From Spirochaetia bacterium (GTDB taxonomy: Bacteria > Spirochaetota > Spirochaetia > SZUA-6 > Bin103): DNA of 64,000 bases. Location: positions 1,714,578-1,778,577 of the forward strand of contig OZ241907.1 in NCBI GenBank assembly GCA_965203515.1. The letters run 5' to 3'. The position numbers were made by a program, and so were the translations under genes. The notes beneath the pieces are model-generated. The model was given only the letters and a program-made list of their open reading frames with translations, ran no database searches and had not been told where the DNA came from. Shown in pieces: positions 30,041 through 40,020 of the stretch. Position 1 is the stretch's first letter; every line of letters begins with the position of its first letter.

Positions 30041-30553
30041 ATGGACCTGGGATCGCTGCTCGACGGGCTGCTCCGGTCCACGGCGGTCGCGCTGGGCCTG
30101 ATCGGCGTGGTCGAGATCGGCCTGGACCGGCCGGAGGTCCAAACCGACCGTTCCGGGGCGATCACCATCACCGTGCATCTGCACGGCCACGTGACCGATC
30201 AGGTCCGCGATCTGATTCAGAGCTCGGCGCGGGTGGCGATCGATTTCGAGCTCCGGTACTTTCCTCGCACGGGCCGGAAGCTCCGGCTGGTCAGCCGCAA
30301 TCTGATCCGGTTCCACAGCCTGACCGGCCGCTACGAAGTGCGCCGCGGCGATGAGACGGCATCGGTCGCTTCCCTGGAGGAGGCGGCGGAGCTGCTCGGC
30401 TCGGCAACGGTGAAGATCGGGCCGGTCGGCCCGGGGCTCGCGGTCATCAAGGCGCGCGCCTCGCTCCCCGACGTTCACGCCGGAGACATGCCCGGCGCAC
30501 TGTGGTCCGGGGCCGTGCCGAGCACGTCGGCGTTGATCCCCGCGGACCCATGA
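30041..30553 (+). CDS. DUF4390-like protein (commonly precedes sensor kinase/NtrC pairs)
   Basis: Gene position and ~170-aa size. Stop overlaps the HK start (ATGA). Confidence 0.45.
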   Translation: MDLGSLLDGLLRSTAVALGLIGVVEIGLDRPEVQTDRSGAITITVHLHGHVTDQVRDLIQSSARVAIDFELRYFPRTGRKLRLVSRNLIRFHSLTGRYEVRRGDETASVASLEEAAELLGSATVKIGPVGPGLAVIKARASLPDVHAGDMPGALWSGAVPSTSALIPADP

Positions 30554-31698
30554 GAGGCTATGCGGTTGCGCTGATCGCCCTTACCCTGGCCGCGGTCGCC
30601 GCCGTCACCCTGGCGGCGATCGGATCGATCGGGCGGCTCTCCGACCCGGCCGACGCGGTGCGGGCCGCCGCTCACCTGCAGGAGGCGCGCGGCGCGGTGC
30701 GCAACGCCTACGCCGCCGAATCGGCGCCGGCCGCGCGGGCGCTGCTCGAGGAGGCGGCGCAGCAGCTCGACACGGCCGGCGGGCTGCTCGCCGGAGCCGA
30801 GGTCGTGCAGGCTGCGGTCAGCCGCACCGTCCTGGTGACCGTCTTCGCCGCGGCGCTGCTGGGGCTCCTTGCCGGCGCGCTCCTGTGGTTCGGTTCGTTC
30901 CGGTGGGTGATCGCACCCCTGTCCGGTCTGGCCGACCGCATGCAGCGACTGACCGACGCGCCCGCGCCGGTCGAGGTGACGGCTCGCGGGCCTCGGGAGA
31001 TACGCGCGCTGCAGCGCGCCTTCAACCGCCTGGTCACCGCGCTGCGCGACTACCGGGAACGGATCACGGCGATGGAACGCGCCCACATAGGCCGCTTCCT
31101 CACGCACCAGTTCCGTAACTCCCTCACCCCGATCCGCCTGGCCGCCGACGAACTGGCGCGGGCGCCGGCCGCCGATACCCGGTCGATCGCCGACCTGCTG
31201 AGCGGGGAGGCGGCCCGGATGGAGGAGATACTGCAACGGTTCGGCACGCTCTACCGTTTTCCCGAGCCGGAACCGGCCGATCTCGACATCGCCCTGTTGG
31301 CGCGGCGCGTGGCGGCCGGCTATCCCGGTATCCGGGTGGAGGTACCCGGGCATACGGTGCTGGTGCATGCCGATCGCACCCTGATAGAGCAGGCGCTGAC
31401 CAACCTCATCCGCAACGCCATCGACGCCACGGAAGGGGGCGATTACGGTTCCGTCACCGTCCGGGTAACCGACCGGCCGGCGGTGATCGGCGTCCGCGAC
31501 CGCGGTGCCGGGATGACGCCGGAACAGCGGAATCGCGCCTTCGACGACTACTTCACCACCAAGGAGAACGGCATGGGCGTGGGCCTCAGCTTCGTGCGGA
31601 AGGTAGCCGCCGCGCACCGTATCCGGCTGACGATGCGGTCCCGCCCCGGCCAGGGCACGACCGTCGAGCTGGCATTCCCGGCAACCGGCCGCCCATGA
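30550..31698 (+). CDS. sensor histidine kinase (two TM helices, H-box THQFRNSLTPI, HATPase_c)
   Basis: LTNLIRNAIDA N-box, VRDRGAGMT G1, GMGVGLSFV G2. Confidence 0.75.
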   Translation: MRGYAVALIALTLAAVAAVTLAAIGSIGRLSDPADAVRAAAHLQEARGAVRNAYAAESAPAARALLEEAAQQLDTAGGLLAGAEVVQAAVSRTVLVTVFAAALLGLLAGALLWFGSFRWVIAPLSGLADRMQRLTDAPAPVEVTARGPREIRALQRAFNRLVTALRDYRERITAMERAHIGRFLTHQFRNSLTPIRLAADELARAPAADTRSIADLLSGEAARMEEILQRFGTLYRFPEPEPADLDIALLARRVAAGYPGIRVEVPGHTVLVHADRTLIEQALTNLIRNAIDATEGGDYGSVTVRVTDRPAVIGVRDRGAGMTPEQRNRAFDDYFTTKENGMGVGLSFVRKVAAAHRIRLTMRSRPGQGTTVELAFPATGRP

Positions 31699-31708
31699 AG
31701 ACCCGCCC

Positions 31709-33061
31709 ATGAAGACCACCGTGCTGATCGTCGACGACGATGAGAACGTCGGCCGCAGCGTCTCCATGACGCTGGCCCGGCGCGGGATGGAGCCGCGTTG
31801 CGCGTCGCCGTCCGAATGGCCTGCGGCGCTGACCGAAGCCGTCGACGTGGTGCTGCTCGACCTGTACCTGGGCGGCGTCAAGGGCCGCGACGTCCTGGAG
31901 CGTCTGCTGGCGGAGCATCCGCTGGTGCCGGTCATCATCATGTCCGGTCTCGCTTCGGCCGAGGAGGCGGTCGACTGCGTGCGGCGCGGCGCCTTCGACT
32001 ACCTGGAGAAACCGCTCACCGCCGAACGGCTGGCGATCACCGTGCGCAACGCCGCCCGCTTCCGGCAGGTGCGGCTGTCGGTCCTGGCCGACACCATGCC
32101 GGTCTTCGCGTCGCAGAGCATGCGCGCGCTGGCCGAAGACGCGCGCAAGGTGGCGGCCACCGACGCCGCCGTGCTGATCACCGGCGAGAGCGGAACCGGC
32201 AAGGAGGTGACCGCGCGCTACATCCACGGCCTGTCGCGCCGCAGCGGGCAGCCGCTGATCAAGGTCGATTGCGGCGCGTTGCCCGAGAGCCTGATCGAGA
32301 GCGAGCTGTTCGGGCACGCGAAGGGGGCCTTTACCGGCGCGAACGCGGACTATGCCGGCAAGCTGCCGGCGGCCGCCGGCGGCACCCTGTTTCTGGACGA
32401 GGTAGCGGAGTTGCCGCCCACCGCGCAGACACGACTGCTGCGCTTCCTGGACTCGGGCGAGGTGCAGCGCGTCGGCTCGACTGCGGTCACCACGGTCGAC
32501 GCACGGGTCATCGCCGCCACCAACGTCGACCTCGAACAGGCCGTCGCCGACGGCGCGCTGCGCCGTGACCTCTACTACCGCCTCAACGTCATTCGGCTGC
32601 GGATCCCGCCGCTGCGGTCACGGCGCGAGGACATCGCCCCGCTCGCCGACAGCTTCGTGACCTCGTTGGCCGTGCGGCTGGGCGTGCAGCCGCCGGTCCT
32701 GAGCCCGGACGCGTACCGGCGGCTGCGCGCGCTGTCGCTCCCCGGCAACGTGCGCGAGCTCAAGACGATCATCGAGCGGGTGCTGGTGCTGGTCGGCGCG
32801 CCGGTGATCGACGCGGCGCACGTCGAGCGAGCGGCGGCCGGCGGCATGGTCGATGCCGACGACCCCTTCGCCCGCACCATGCCGCTTGCGGAGGCGAAGC
32901 GGCAGCTCGAACGCCGGTACCTGCAGCGCCAGCTCGATCTGCATGGGCGTTCGGTCAAGCGCACGGCAGCGGCGCTCGGTATACTGCCGAACAATCTGAG
33001 TCGCCGCGTGCGCCAGCTCGAATCGCGGGATACGGAAGAGATCGAAGACGGCGAGCCGTGA
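31709..33061 (+). CDS. sigma-54-dependent response regulator (NtrC family: REC + AAA+ + Fis HTH)
   Basis: LIVDDDENV, VLLDLYL, ITGESGTGKE, GAFTGA, LFLDEVAEL. Confidence 0.8.
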   Translation: MKTTVLIVDDDENVGRSVSMTLARRGMEPRCASPSEWPAALTEAVDVVLLDLYLGGVKGRDVLERLLAEHPLVPVIIMSGLASAEEAVDCVRRGAFDYLEKPLTAERLAITVRNAARFRQVRLSVLADTMPVFASQSMRALAEDARKVAATDAAVLITGESGTGKEVTARYIHGLSRRSGQPLIKVDCGALPESLIESELFGHAKGAFTGANADYAGKLPAAAGGTLFLDEVAELPPTAQTRLLRFLDSGEVQRVGSTAVTTVDARVIAATNVDLEQAVADGALRRDLYYRLNVIRLRIPPLRSRREDIAPLADSFVTSLAVRLGVQPPVLSPDAYRRLRALSLPGNVRELKTIIERVLVLVGAPVIDAAHVERAAAGGMVDADDPFARTMPLAEAKRQLERRYLQRQLDLHGRSVKRTAAALGILPNNLSRRVRQLESRDTEEIEDGEP

Positions 33062-33146
33062 AGCGGCCGGCCGAGCGGATCGTCCGCCCCGGGCGCTGCG
33101 TGCCTCAACCCGACTCCGGGACACATCCCGATATGGAAGGCGATCC

Positions 33147-34799
33147 ATGAAGCCACGCGCCGATCTCAACTACGATCTGGATACGTTCCGCGGCGACCTG
33201 TTCGGCGGCATCACCTCCACGGTGGTGGCGTTGCCGGTCTCGCTGGCGTTCGGCGTCGCGTCGGGGCTCGGGGCGGCGGCCGGGCTGTACGGGGCGATCG
33301 CGGTCGGCTTCTTCGCCGCCGTGTTCGGCGGCACGCGCTCGCAGATTTCGGGTCCCACCGCCCCCATGGCGGTGGCGATGTCGGTGATCATCACCACCCA
33401 CGCGTCCAACCTCTCGGAGGCGCTGACGGTCGTGATGGCCGCCGGCCTGCTGCAGATGCTGTTCGGCGTGCTGGGCATCGGCCGCTTCATCGCCTACACG
33501 CCGCACGTCGTGGTCTCCGGCTTCATGACCGGCATCGGCATCATCGTCATGCTGATTCAGACGCTGCCGTTCCTGGGAGCGCCGACTGCGGCCGGCGGCG
33601 CGATCGGCGCGGTGCGCGCATGGCCGGAGGCGGTGGAGAACCTCAATCTCCACGCCATGGCGATCGCCGCGGCGACGCTCGTCATCGGCGCGATCTGGCC
33701 GCGCCGCCTGGCGCGCGTCGTTCCCGGCTCCCTGGTTGCGCTGATCGTGGGCACGGCGCTCGGCGTGCTGGTGTTCCGCGACGCGCCGGTGATCGGCGCA
33801 GTGCCCAGCGGGCTGCCGCAACTGCCGCACACGGAATTGCCGTCCGCCGGTTTCCTGCTGCGCGCTCTGCAGCCGGCGCTCATCCTGGCGCTGCTCGGGT
33901 CGGTCGACAGCCTGCTCACCTCCCTGGTGGCGGATTCGATCACCGGCACCCGTCACAACGCGAATCGGGAACTGGTGGGGCAGGGCCTCGGCAATCTGGT
34001 CGCCGGGCTGATCGGGGGCGTACCGGGAGCCGGCGCGACCATGGGCACCGTGACCAACATCCGCGCCGGCGGGCAGACGCGCCTGTCGGGCGTGGTGCGC
34101 GCGGTACTGCTGCTCGGTCTGGTGCTGGGTCTGGGGCGCTACGTCGAGCCGATTCCGCATGCCGTGCTGGCCGGCATCCTGATGAAGGTGGGATGGGACA
34201 TCGTCGACTGGCGTATGGTGCTTCGCCTCCACCGCATCCGACGCGAGCACCTGATGGTGCTGCTGCTCACGTTCGTCCTGACCGTGTTCGTGGATCTGGT
34301 GACCGCGGTGGCGATCGGGCTGATCGCGGCCGGCATGGCGCATGCCCGTCAGCTCGAACGGCTGGAGCTCGACAGCGTGGTCTCGGTGCCGCTGCTGGAC
34401 CGGACGTTCCTGACCGATGCGGGCGGCGCGATCGACCCGTACTCGGCGCGGGTCGGTCTCATCGCGCTCAGGGGCAGCTTCACCGTCGCCTCCGCCCAGA
34501 AGCTGGTCAGAGTGATCGGCCCGGACATCAAGGACCATGAGGTGGTGATCTTCGACTTCTCGGGCGCCACGTACGTGGACGACAGCGCGGCGATGCTGAT
34601 CCGGCAGCTCCTGGACCTCGCCGGTGACGAGAACACCCAGTGCGTGGTGATGGGGCTGTCCGGCTCGGTCGCCGATACGCTCCGCGCGCTCGACGTGCTG
34701 CGCGGCGTCCCCGCCGATCAGGTCGTAGCGACGCTCGACGACGCTCGGCAGACCGCCCGGAAGCTGCTCGACGCCGCCTCTCCGGCTGCCGCATCCTGA
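33147..34799 (+). CDS. SulP family anion transporter with C-terminal STAS domain
   Basis: Track ORF 550 aa; family-typical TM core and STAS. Confidence 0.8.
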   Translation: MKPRADLNYDLDTFRGDLFGGITSTVVALPVSLAFGVASGLGAAAGLYGAIAVGFFAAVFGGTRSQISGPTAPMAVAMSVIITTHASNLSEALTVVMAAGLLQMLFGVLGIGRFIAYTPHVVVSGFMTGIGIIVMLIQTLPFLGAPTAAGGAIGAVRAWPEAVENLNLHAMAIAAATLVIGAIWPRRLARVVPGSLVALIVGTALGVLVFRDAPVIGAVPSGLPQLPHTELPSAGFLLRALQPALILALLGSVDSLLTSLVADSITGTRHNANRELVGQGLGNLVAGLIGGVPGAGATMGTVTNIRAGGQTRLSGVVRAVLLLGLVLGLGRYVEPIPHAVLAGILMKVGWDIVDWRMVLRLHRIRREHLMVLLLTFVLTVFVDLVTAVAIGLIAAGMAHARQLERLELDSVVSVPLLDRTFLTDAGGAIDPYSARVGLIALRGSFTVASAQKLVRVIGPDIKDHEVVIFDFSGATYVDDSAAMLIRQLLDLAGDENTQCVVMGLSGSVADTLRALDVLRGVPADQVVATLDDARQTARKLLDAASPAAAS

Positions 34800-34839
34800 T
34801 CCCGAGCTCCCGCCGACGGCCGATCCGGAATCTTTTTTG

Positions 34840-34875
34840 AGACACTTGTCTTCGACAGCAAAGGTGTCTTATACT
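34840..34875 (+). promoter_or_regulatory. MerR-type promoter/operator: -35 TTGTCT (34846-51), 18-bp spacer, -10 TATACT (34870-75), flanked by inverted repeat AGACAC/GTGTCT
   Basis: Read directly. The -10 ends 7 nt before MerR ATG 34883 (near-leaderless). Confidence 0.35.
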
Positions 34876-34882
34876 GCATGCG

Positions 34883-35314
34883 ATGTCGAATGACGGCGAC
34901 CGTCTGGCGATAGACGAACTGTGCGCCCTGGTGGATCTGCCCAGGCGTACCGTCCGCTACTACATCCAGGAAGGACTCGTCGACCGGCCCGCCGGGGCCA
35001 AGCGTGGCGCCTACTACACCAGGCGCCACGTGGAACAATTGATGACGATCCGCACCTGGCAGCGGGCCGGCCTGAGCCTGGAACGTATCCGCGAGCTGGT
35101 GGCCGGCGGCGGTAAGAGCTCCGCTCCCCTGCCGCCGCCGCGCCCCCGGCGCCCCGGAGACGTGACGTTGCGTACCCACGTCACGATCCGCCCCGGCGTC
35201 GAGCTGGTGATCGATCCGCATGAATCGGGTCTGAGCGCCGAGGAGGTGCGTGCGGTCGTCCGTCGAACGGCATCGCTCATCGACGAAACGCGCAAGGAGG
35301 ATGCAGAGAGATGA
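34883..35314 (+). CDS. MerR family transcriptional regulator
   Basis: N-terminal HTH LAIDELCALVDLPRRTVRYYIQEGLV. Stop overlaps the next start (ATGA 35311-35314). Confidence 0.7.
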   Translation: MSNDGDRLAIDELCALVDLPRRTVRYYIQEGLVDRPAGAKRGAYYTRRHVEQLMTIRTWQRAGLSLERIRELVAGGGKSSAPLPPPRPRRPGDVTLRTHVTIRPGVELVIDPHESGLSAEEVRAVVRRTASLIDETRKEDAER

Positions 35315-37656
35315 GAACGACGACGATCCTGGTCGCAACGATGGAGACCGCTCACGGCGACGTGGTGTTGGAGGAGGTCGGCATCGACGCCGCGATCGAC
35401 GACCTCATGGCGGCCGTCAGCGTGTGTCAGCGGTACCGCAACCCCGGCACGACCCACGTGGAGGCGGTCTACACCTTCCCGCTGCCGCTGGATGCCGTCC
35501 TGTTGCAGTTCGAGCTGGAGCTGGGCGATCGGCGGATGGCCGGCACGGTCATAGCCAAGCCGGACGCCGAAGAGCGGTATGAGAACGCCATCGCCGAAGG
35601 CGACGCGGCGGTGCGCCTGGAGCAGTCGCAGCCGGGGCTCTACACCGCGAACGTCGGCAACCTGGCTCCGGGCGAGACGGCGACCGTCCGCTTCCGGTAC
35701 GGGCTTCTGCTGCGCTGGAACGGCGACACCGTCCGGCTCATGCTGCCGACGACCATCGCCCCGCGGTACGGCGATCCGGCCGCCGGCGGCCTTGCCCCGC
35801 ATCAGGCGCCGGAGTACGCGTTCGACGCCGAACGCTCCTTTCGGCTGCAGGCCGCGGTGCGGGGCGCGCTGCAGGGGGCGCGCTGGGCATCGCCGTCGCA
35901 CGACATCGCGGTCACGCCTGACACCTGGCAGACGGTGATCGAGATCGCCCGGCCTGCGGCGATGGACCGCGACGTGGTGCTGGAGGCGCGCGCCGCGGCG
36001 GCGGTCGATACCGGCGATAGCAGGGCGTTGCTCGCCCGCGACGGAGGAGGCTGGGTCGTCCTGGCGAGCTTCCGGCCCGAGCTGACCGACCTGACCGAAC
36101 CCGCAGCGCACCGCAACCTCAAGATCGTCGTCGACTGCTCCGGATCGATGAGCGGCGACTCGATCGCCCAGGTGCGGATCGCCGGAGAGCGGATACTCGA
36201 AAGCCTGCGGCCCGGCGACCTGTTCGACATCGTCGCGTTCGGCAGCCGCCATCGCGCGCTGTTCGGCCGCGAGACGCCGGCGTCCGCGGCCAACGTCGCC
36301 CGCGCGCGCCGCTTCGTGAGCGGCCTGGACGCCGACATGGGCGGCACGGAGATACAGGCCGCGCTGCGGGCCGCCTACCGCATCGCCGGAGAACCCGGCA
36401 TGACGCGCGACCTGCTGCTGATCACCGACGGCGAAGTGTGGCAGACCAGGAGCGCCGTCGATGAGGCGCGCCGGTCCGGCCACCGCATCTTTACGGTCGG
36501 CGTCGGCAGCTCGGTCGCCGAGCCGTTCGTCCGCGCGCTCGCCAAAGCGACCGGCGGCGCCTGCGAGCTGGTAGCGCCGCGGGAAGACATGGCCGAACGC
36601 ATCCACCGCCACTTCCAGCGCATCCTCGCGCCGCCCGCGCGTACGGCTCGCGTCGTCTGGCCGGCCCCCGTACGGCAGACGGTCCCCGATCCGCTGCCGC
36701 CGCCGTACCCCGGCGACACCATGCACCTGTTCGGATCGTTCGCCGAGCGGCCGTGCGGACCGGTCACCCTGGAGCTGGAGTTGGCCGACGGCCGCACGAT
36801 CACCCAACGGATGGAGGTCGGCCCGGAGCCGACCGATGACACCGTGGACGGGCCGAGCGCCGTTCGGTCCGACGTGGCGCGCATGGGCGCCGCGCAGCGG
36901 TTGCCGGCGATGGCCGACGGGGCGGCGGCGACCGAGCTGGCGGTCCGGTATCAACTCCTGTCGGAGTGGACGGACTACCTGGTCGTTCACGTGCGGGCGG
37001 AGGCCGACAAGGCGAACGATCTGCCGGCCCTGGTCAAGGTCCCGCAGGTGCTGGCCGCCGGCTGGCACGGAGTCGGCACCGTGCTGCACGATCGCGCCGC
37101 GCCGCGCCCGATGGCCGCGCCACAGCCGATGGATCAGGACGTCGGCGAACCGCTCTGTGAGTACAGAGCAAGACCTTCTGCGGGCCGTTCTGACAAATCC
37201 CGAAGAGGCACGCGGAAACCAGCGTCTGGGGCGCGAGCGAGCCACCGCCGGTCGGATCTCACCTATGCAGAACGCCGGCTTCCAGATGAGGCCTTCTCCC
37301 CAGAGCCCCTTCCAGCGCCGCACGCGATCACCCCTGTCGAACTCGTCGCCGCGCTGAACGAGCGCCCGCTGCCGGCCGCGCCGACGCTCGACGATCTGCT
37401 GGCGCGCGGCGTTCCCGACGAGATCGTCGACCAGCTCCGGGAACTGGCCGACGGAGGCGGTGAGGACCCGTCCGCTATCGCCATCATCTTCCTGTACCTG
37501 CTGTGCCGGTCATCCGCCGGCAAGGCGCTGGACGCGCAGCAACGCCGGTCGATACTGGCCGCCTACCGGAAGCTGTCGGACCGCGAGGCGACGGTCCGCG
37601 CCGTCCGGCGCGTCTGGCGGGAGTGGGAGGCATCCGGCGCCCACGCGCTCCCGTAA
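35311..37656 (+). CDS. VIT domain + von Willebrand factor A (vWA) domain protein with long C-terminal extension
   Basis: vWA MIDAS motif KIVVDCSGSMSGDSI...TDG; VIT-like N-terminal region. Confidence 0.65.
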   Translation: MRTTTILVATMETAHGDVVLEEVGIDAAIDDLMAAVSVCQRYRNPGTTHVEAVYTFPLPLDAVLLQFELELGDRRMAGTVIAKPDAEERYENAIAEGDAAVRLEQSQPGLYTANVGNLAPGETATVRFRYGLLLRWNGDTVRLMLPTTIAPRYGDPAAGGLAPHQAPEYAFDAERSFRLQAAVRGALQGARWASPSHDIAVTPDTWQTVIEIARPAAMDRDVVLEARAAAAVDTGDSRALLARDGGGWVVLASFRPELTDLTEPAAHRNLKIVVDCSGSMSGDSIAQVRIAGERILESLRPGDLFDIVAFGSRHRALFGRETPASAANVARARRFVSGLDADMGGTEIQAALRAAYRIAGEPGMTRDLLLITDGEVWQTRSAVDEARRSGHRIFTVGVGSSVAEPFVRALAKATGGACELVAPREDMAERIHRHFQRILAPPARTARVVWPAPVRQTVPDPLPPPYPGDTMHLFGSFAERPCGPVTLELELADGRTITQRMEVGPEPTDDTVDGPSAVRSDVARMGAAQRLPAMADGAAATELAVRYQLLSEWTDYLVVHVRAEADKANDLPALVKVPQVLAAGWHGVGTVLHDRAAPRPMAAPQPMDQDVGEPLCEYRARPSAGRSDKSRRGTRKPASGARASHRRSDLTYAERRLPDEAFSPEPLPAPHAITPVELVAALNERPLPAAPTLDDLLARGVPDEIVDQLRELADGGGEDPSAIAIIFLYLLCRSSAGKALDAQQRRSILAAYRKLSDREATVRAVRRVWREWEASGAHALP

Positions 37657-37792
37657 CCCTTACGGCCGGCCGGGGGAACCCGGCCGGCCCTTCAGGCGCC
37701 TCACGTCCGCAGCCGACGGCCCGGCGCATCGCCGGCTCACCCTCCTTGACCGTGGCCGCCGGTTGCGGTAATCACGTCCGGTCACTCACGAG

Positions 37793-38824
37793 ATGAGCAT
37801 TACCCGCACCGAGTTCGGCGTTGCCGGCGACAGCCCGGTCTACCGCTATGAAATGCGCAACCGCCGCGGCACGACCGCGGCGGTGTTGACGCTGGGCGCC
37901 AATCTGCAATCGGTGCGCGCGCCGGGCCGGCATGACCCGGAAGAGATCACCCTGAGCTACGACGACGTGAGCGGCTACCTGGACCCGGACTACCCGTACT
38001 TCGGCGCCGTGATCGGCCGGGTCGCCAACCGCATCGCCGGCGGCGTCTTCGATCTCGACGGCGCCCGCTACGAGCTGGCGCGCAACGCGGGCGACCTGCA
38101 CCTGCACGGCGGCGCGATCGGCTTCGACCGGCGCATCTGGGAAGCCGACGCGCACGAGGACGACGGCGAGGACCGCATCGCGCTGCGCTACCGCAGCCCC
38201 GACGGCGAGGAGGGATACCCCGGCGCTCTCACCGCGCAGGCGGTCTACCGATTGACCGAGCACGACGAGCTGGTGATCGATCTGCAGGCGTCCACCGACG
38301 CGCCGACGATCGTCAACCTCACCAATCACGCCTACTGGAATCTGGCCGGCGCCGGCAACGGGACCGTGGAGGGCCACGAGCTCCACCTGCACTGCTCGCG
38401 CGTGCTGCAGCGAGGCGCCGACGGAGTCCCCACCGGCGCAGTGGTGCCGGTGACCGGCAGCGCCTTCGACTTCACTCACCCGCGCCGGATCGGCGATCGG
38501 ATCCGGCAGGCCGGCGGTTACGACCACTGCTTCGTGATCGACGGAGCGCCCGGACAGCTCCGCACGTTCGCCCGCGTGTACGCGCCGGGCTCCGGCCGGG
38601 TCATGGAGGTGGCCACCACGCAGCCCGGAGTGCAGCTCTACACCTCGGAGTTCCTGCCGCCCACCGTCGGCGCCGGCGGGCGGATGTTCGGGCCGCGCGG
38701 CGCCCTCTGCCTGGAGACCCAACACTTCCCCGACAGCGTGCACCACCCCCACTTTCCCTCGATCGTGCTGCGGCCGGGCCAGACCTACCGGCACCGCACC
38801 GTGCACCGCTTCTGGGTGACGTAA
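37793..38824 (+). CDS. aldose 1-epimerase (galactose mutarotase)
   Basis: LTNHAYWNL and HGGAIGFDRRIW mutarotase motifs. Confidence 0.8.
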   Translation: MSITRTEFGVAGDSPVYRYEMRNRRGTTAAVLTLGANLQSVRAPGRHDPEEITLSYDDVSGYLDPDYPYFGAVIGRVANRIAGGVFDLDGARYELARNAGDLHLHGGAIGFDRRIWEADAHEDDGEDRIALRYRSPDGEEGYPGALTAQAVYRLTEHDELVIDLQASTDAPTIVNLTNHAYWNLAGAGNGTVEGHELHLHCSRVLQRGADGVPTGAVVPVTGSAFDFTHPRRIGDRIRQAGGYDHCFVIDGAPGQLRTFARVYAPGSGRVMEVATTQPGVQLYTSEFLPPTVGAGGRMFGPRGALCLETQHFPDSVHHPHFPSIVLRPGQTYRHRTVHRFWVT

Positions 38825-38871
38825 CCGACGCCAGGAACCGCGGCTCCGGCCGCCAGGGAACGGCGGCTCCG

Positions 38872-40020
38872 TCAGACCGCCAGCCGGTACTCCTCGTAAG
38901 CGTTGGCGCGCGGGTTGCCGCGGCTGACGTGCATGCGGCCGGCGTCCGCCTCGATGACGACCGAGAACACGCTGGTCCAGAAGCCGTGCCGGGGGTGATC
39001 GTTGGCGTGCCGGCAGATCGACCGCGGCGCGCCCTGATGATCGCGCAACGCCGCCTGCGCCGCCCGGAGGACGTCGCCGCCGCCGGCGGCCCCTTCCAGC
39101 AGGGCGTCGATGCGCCGCTTGCGCGGACCGGACTCGATCAGCTCCGGGAAGCGGTCGTTCACCGCGGCCAACGCCGGATGCAGGCAGTGGTTGGTGTGGG
39201 TCAGCCAGGCGGCTCCGCCGTCCGGCCGCAGCACGCGCAAGTCGTCGATCAGAATCTCGAAGTCGGCCGGCCCCTGCGGCGTAGCCAGCAGGAGGTTGGC
39301 CGGAATGGCGCGCCGCGCGCTCCGCACCTCGTCGATAGCGGCATCGAGCGATTCGGCCTCCAGCACGCGGCGCACGATGAAGTAATGCGGTACGCCGACC
39401 CCGCGGGCTGGCGCCGGCAGCGCGTTCAGACAGACGCCGATGCCGCGCTCGCTGCAACCGACGTAGCCGATCAACCCGGCCTGGCCGATCGTCAGCGTCG
39501 CCGGAGCGGCCAACGGCCGGCGGGTCAGCACCACCGTGTACGGGTCGAGTTCCGGGTCGTTGTCCCAGTTCTGGGCGACCAGCGCCGGCCGCCGCGCCGC
39601 CAGAGCGGTGCAGCCGCCGTCGCCCGGCGCCGCCTCGCCTGCGTGCCGCCGCCCGGCGTCTTCGCTGCCCCGAAGTTGATTGCGGACCTGCAGGAGCATC
39701 AACTCCGCAAGCGATAGGCCGCTCGATTCGGCCATTCCGTGCAGCTCGGCAAGCAGCTCCGGCGCATAGTCGGCGACGTACGGGATGCACGCGGAGGCGG
39801 CGGCGAGCGCATGCTCGCGGGTGACCGGTACCGTCTTGTTGACCCGGTCCAGGGCGATGCGCGCGAAGCCGCGAATCTCCTCTCCCGCCGCTTCGCCGAT
39901 CCGGCGGCCGATTTCGCGCGGCGTCCCCTCCACCTCGATTTCGCGATAGCGCCAAGCACTGCCGGCCGCAATGCGGCGGTAGCCGCTGGGCGGCGCGCCG
40001 CCGGCGATCGGTTCCATCAC
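38872..40020 (-). CDS. C45 family peptidase / acyl-CoA:6-APA acyltransferase-like
   Basis: GDGGCTAL nucleophile region. Family size ~380 aa. Confidence 0.5.
   Translation of the reverse strand: MMEPIAGGAPPSGYRRIAAGSAWRYREIEVEGTPREIGRRIGEAAGEEIRGFARIALDRVNKTVPVTREHALAAASACIPYVADYAPELLAELHGMAESSGLSLAELMLLQVRNQLRGSEDAGRRHAGEAAPGDGGCTALAARRPALVAQNWDNDPELDPYTVVLTRRPLAAPATLTIGQAGLIGYVGCSERGIGVCLNALPAPARGVGVPHYFIVRRVLEAESLDAAIDEVRSARRAIPANLLLATPQGPADFEILIDDLRVLRPDGGAAWLTHTNHCLHPALAAVNDRFPELIESGPRKRRIDALLEGAAGGGDVLRAAQAALRDHQGAPRSICRHANDHPRHGFWTSVFSVVIEADAGRMHVSRGNPRANAYEEYRLAV

Noticed and set aside
33061-33146. Sigma-54 promoter upstream of SulP for the adjacent NtrC-type activator
   Set aside because: No GG-N10-GC element with a TGGCAC-like -24 is present in the 86-bp gap. 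The better candidate target is the promoter at 29108.
34801-34840. Intrinsic terminator after the SulP gene
   Set aside because: A T6 run follows a GC-rich region, but I could not identify a convincing stable stem. It was left unannotated.
30475-37323. Minus-strand ORFs 30475..31941, 33105..34538 and 35014..37323
   Set aside because: Antisense shadows of the histidine kinase, SulP and VIT-vWA genes respectively, with no domain signatures.
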